Source: Clostridia bacterium (GTDB lineage Bacteria > Bacillota > Clostridia > Christensenellales > DTU072). Taken from it: DNA of 64,000 nt. The stretch lies in the NCBI GenBank assembly GCA_017504305.1, contig JAFVRJ010000008.1:3477-67476 (forward strand). Reading direction: 5' to 3'. Of the stretch, positions 61,419-64,000 are shown piece by piece. The translations under genes and the position numbers were made by a program. Position 1 is the stretch's first letter. Each line of letters starts with the position of its first letter. The notes beneath the pieces are model-generated. The model ran no database searches. It worked only from the letters and a program-made list of their open reading frames with translations, and was not told where the DNA came from.

Positions 61419-64000
61419 ATGGCACCAAGATCTGGTAGGTTTTTAAACGATAATAGGGGAAAGTCCGCTTGTCCGGACTTTTCTGCCTATCCGTTGCACA
61501 AAAGACTTGCCGATTTCAAAGGTTATTCGACTGACGTTTTAGCCGTATTAAAGGCGTTTTTAAAACTAAAAATTAGTATAAGTTCCCTTCAAAAACTACA
61601 GAAACGTTTACTTTTACCACCAACGTTGTTTGAACTAAAAGTTCTTAATTCATTTTGGTCGAGTGGTAAAGGACACCTCAACAGGAAGATATCGGAAATC
61701 CAAATAGTAACGGAAAACCCACATCTTTTGAAAGCTTTAGAGCTATATAATGGATTGCGTAAAGATAACGTAATTGATGGTAGACCTCGTACTCTTAACG
61801 ATCTGACCAATATGGCTTATATAGCCGCTAAAGACAGCGGGGCGGAAATGATAACCGACGTTTACGGTAACTTGGTAATGCAACGTAACGCTTTTGATAG
61901 GGGTGTTGCAAGCAAATACTACTTATCGTTAAATACAGTTTGGGATAAGCTTGGTTTTTCGGCATGTAACAAAGCGATACTTGATAATTTAGCCAAAGGT
62001 TATTTACCTTTTGGCGCCATTTATAAGGAGTACGGAGAGTCTGACGTATATGGTAGGTTTTTGTCTGCTAAAGAGATTGACGGATTGGAAATCCCCGTAT
62101 TAGAGTCAAACGAGTGCCACGACGTTAACTTTGATAACTCTGCAGTAAAGTTTTCATTGCTCGGAATTTCGGATAAGGCTTGCGTTAACGGCGGTTATTT
62201 GAGCGGAACTGAAAAGATTCTTCTCATAAAACCCAATTATTCACAAAAAACGGTTAAGGATTTTTATAAGATTGTTGAGGAAGGTTTATCAGGACTCGCT
62301 ACAAGAGTGGTAACTTGTACAAGCGGTATTCTTAACGATTTGATAGCGGTTTCCGAAGGCTTTGATATCAACATGAATCAATTTCCGCTTAAAGAAATGG
62401 ATATTGAAGATTTTGTGCTATCGCCGACAAATTCTTATTTAATCGTTTTATGCAAAGGTCAAAACGTCAAAAAGCTCAAAGAAATTTTAAAATCTTTAGA
62501 TTTTAGTAGTTACGTTATCGGCAGGTTAACTACCAGAAAGCTTTATCGATTTGTTAATGCTGACGTGGAATTTATGCGCTTAAATTCCAGTGTTGTCAAA
62601 TACCGCGTTCACGATTATACAATATGCCGTTTGGAAGATTCAACCTTTGAGCTTGGCGATAAACTTTATGATAATTTTGACGAGAGTAAGGTTGAAGATT
62701 ATTTGATAAAGCAACTCGAGCTGGGATACTTTAAAGCCGATGACGTCTTGAGCGGAGTAAGCTCCGGTGATAGCGTATACCCGCCGTATCTTGGTAAGAA
62801 TCAACTAACCCCGATGCAAAGCATAATTTTGTCACCTGCTAATGGTAGATATGGTGAAAATTGTGTTTTGATGGCATCTAACAACGTAATGAAGATAGGC
62901 AAGGATGACTTTTCCGTCACTATCAACGAGATTGTTTCCGCATTAATGAAGTTGGTTGTAAGTGGCGTACCGCTATGCGATATTGCAATTAATACAAATC
63001 TTTTATATGATGCTCACGTCAATCGCTATATGCGCGGTACGGTATTAAGCGTGTGCCTTGCTTCATTATATGCCCAAAAATATCTTGCAATCGGTACGCT
63101 TGGGAACTCGGTCGATCTTATTGCGCTTGGCTCGAATATGGTCGTTTCCGACGTAACGGCGGTCGGTACTGCAAGTCGTGATCATATTATCACGTCTGCA
63201 TTTAAGAGTGGTGATATGCTATATCGCTTCCGTATACCACGCGACGAGTACGACGTACCCGACTTCAAGTTTGTTATTAAATTTGCTTCTCACGTCTATA
63301 TGAACATAAACGTCGGCAATATTACGGCCGGTTGCGTTGTTGAAAATAACGTTATTGATTCTATTGTTAAGGGTACGATTGGCGATAGATTAGGTTTTTC
63401 ATTTGCTAAAATCGATGAAGAAACGTTTAAGAACGCTACGGGCGATATTATTCTTGCCGTAAATGAAGAGTGGGATTTTGATTCGTTTGGTGGTGAATAT
63501 TTGGGGGTTGTAGACGATACCGGTGCTATTAAAGGCGCTGATTCTACAATAAAACATAGCGAAATCGAGCGCTACGTAACGGTTTATCCTTTTAAAAACG
63601 ATATATATAGGCGTGTTGGAACAATTGTTAGCGTTGATAAGCCCACACCAAAAGCAATGGCATCTCACGTCGAAATCAACGCGCTTATACTTCATACTGA
63701 CAGTGCCTCGGAGCGGGCTTTTGCTTCTACTTTAAACTCACTTGGTTATGCTGTTAGGTCGGTAGCTATTCCTGACTCAGGTAATCGCAGTAGTAACTTC
63801 GCTCGCAGTTTGCGTGAGCAGATTTTGTATGCCGATCTTATAATAGTATCAGGTAGAGGCAAGGCAGGTAGTACGCACGACGGCGTTTATAACGTACTCA
63901 AAAATCCCATTGTTTTGGATTCATTGAACGAGCAAATATTTAATAATTCCGCACTTGTATTAGGTACAGGTGAAGGGGCAAGAGCGCTACTTGAACTTGG
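61419..64000 (+). CDS. FGAM synthase (PurL/PurQ)-like protein with degenerate catalytic motifs; 3' end outside the window, start uncertain
   Basis: Not in the ORF track. A single frame is open from ATG 61419 (AGGAG 10 nt upstream) to the window end, ~860 codons. It is collinear with PurL: 'LFELKVLNSFWSSGKGHLNRK' aligns with 'WSEHCSYK', 'ESNECHDVNF' with 'ESHNHPSAIEP', and the terminal 'LVLGTGEGARALLELG' with PurQ 'LGVCNGFQIL'. Confidence 0.7.
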   Translation, partial: MAPRSGRFLNDNRGKSACPDFSAYPLHKRLADFKGYSTDVLAVLKAFLKLKISISSLQKLQKRLLLPPTLFELKVLNSFWSSGKGHLNRKISEIQIVTENPHLLKALELYNGLRKDNVIDGRPRTLNDLTNMAYIAAKDSGAEMITDVYGNLVMQRNAFDRGVASKYYLSLNTVWDKLGFSACNKAILDNLAKGYLPFGAIYKEYGESDVYGRFLSAKEIDGLEIPVLESNECHDVNFDNSAVKFSLLGISDKACVNGGYLSGTEKILLIKPNYSQKTVKDFYKIVEEGLSGLATRVVTCTSGILNDLIAVSEGFDINMNQFPLKEMDIEDFVLSPTNSYLIVLCKGQNVKKLKEILKSLDFSSYVIGRLTTRKLYRFVNADVEFMRLNSSVVKYRVHDYTICRLEDSTFELGDKLYDNFDESKVEDYLIKQLELGYFKADDVLSGVSSGDSVYPPYLGKNQLTPMQSIILSPANGRYGENCVLMASNNVMKIGKDDFSVTINEIVSALMKLVVSGVPLCDIAINTNLLYDAHVNRYMRGTVLSVCLASLYAQKYLAIGTLGNSVDLIALGSNMVVSDVTAVGTASRDHIITSAFKSGDMLYRFRIPRDEYDVPDFKFVIKFASHVYMNINVGNITAGCVVENNVIDSIVKGTIGDRLGFSFAKIDEETFKNATGDIILAVNEEWDFDSFGGEYLGVVDDTGAIKGADSTIKHSEIERYVTVYPFKNDIYRRVGTIVSVDKPTPKAMASHVEINALILHTDSASERAFASTLNSLGYAVRSVAIPDSGNRSSNFARSLREQILYADLIIVSGRGKAGSTHDGVYNVLKNPIVLDSLNEQIFNNSALVLGTGEGARALLEL
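61458..61483 (+). terminator. Possible intrinsic terminator (or intragenic hairpin) after the surface-protein gene
   Basis: ~10-bp stem ggaaagtccg / cggacttttc with the T-run inside the 3' arm, 45 nt after the stop at 61413. It lies inside the 5' end of the open PurL-like frame, so its role is ambiguous. Confidence 0.4.

Noticed and set aside
61456-61484. 'GGGGAAAGTCCG' resembling the conserved RNase P RNA P4 region.
   Set aside because: It is only one arm of a simple local hairpin (aaagtccg/cggacttt). None of the other RNase P conserved regions is present, and it lies inside or ahead of a long protein-coding frame.

Overview
This window is a chromosomal segment from a low-GC, Gram-positive-type (Clostridia-like) bacterium, and it is dominated by housekeeping genes in classic Firmicute synteny. 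The core genes are: prmA(3' end)-rsmE-mtaB-HIT; rpsU; dnaG-rpoD-trmK-nif3-COG1579; dapF-dapL; polA-coaE-dinB; thyA-folA-icd; and rpsO-pnp. Carbohydrate genes are interspersed: a GH2 beta-galactosidase and a fucI / class II aldolase / FGGY kinase operon. There are three stand-alone tRNA genes, Thr-CGT, Cys-GCA and Ala-CGC, each with its own promoter and terminator. I saw no rRNA, CRISPR array, transposase, integrase or prophage genes. Two ORFs run off the window edges and are absent from the ORF track: the prmA 3' end (1-192) and an ~860-codon PurL-like ORF (61419-64000). rpsU (58 aa, minus strand) is also below the track cutoff. The items most worth follow-up are listed below.
1. A 2105-aa RND transporter has hugely expanded extracytoplasmic loops and a C-terminal AHL-lactonase/MBL-like domain whose HxHxDH metal motif is fully degenerate. 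A lipoprotein gene precedes it.
2. An FGAM-synthase (PurL/PurQ)-like ORF has lost all three active-site signatures that I can align.
3. A dense, GC-rich series of hairpins lies between tRNA-Cys and a four-helix-bundle (Avd / 23S-IVS family) gene.
4. A ~231-nt tandem repeat downstream of tRNA-Ala carries decaying direct copies of the tRNA 3' end and well-conserved antisense copies of it. It is followed by an AT-rich islet with VOC and NYN-like genes.
5. A (CG)4 tract recurs in the 17-bp spacers of three near-consensus promoters.
6. A DUF4011 / SF1 helicase / DUF559-type nuclease protein (Hhe-like architecture) is tightly packed with degV-apbE-NusG_II-Gx.
7. A NifU-like + GGGtGRT gene pair has ribosomal-protein-like codon bias.
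All coordinates were counted by hand and all homology statements rest on motif recognition, not searches.
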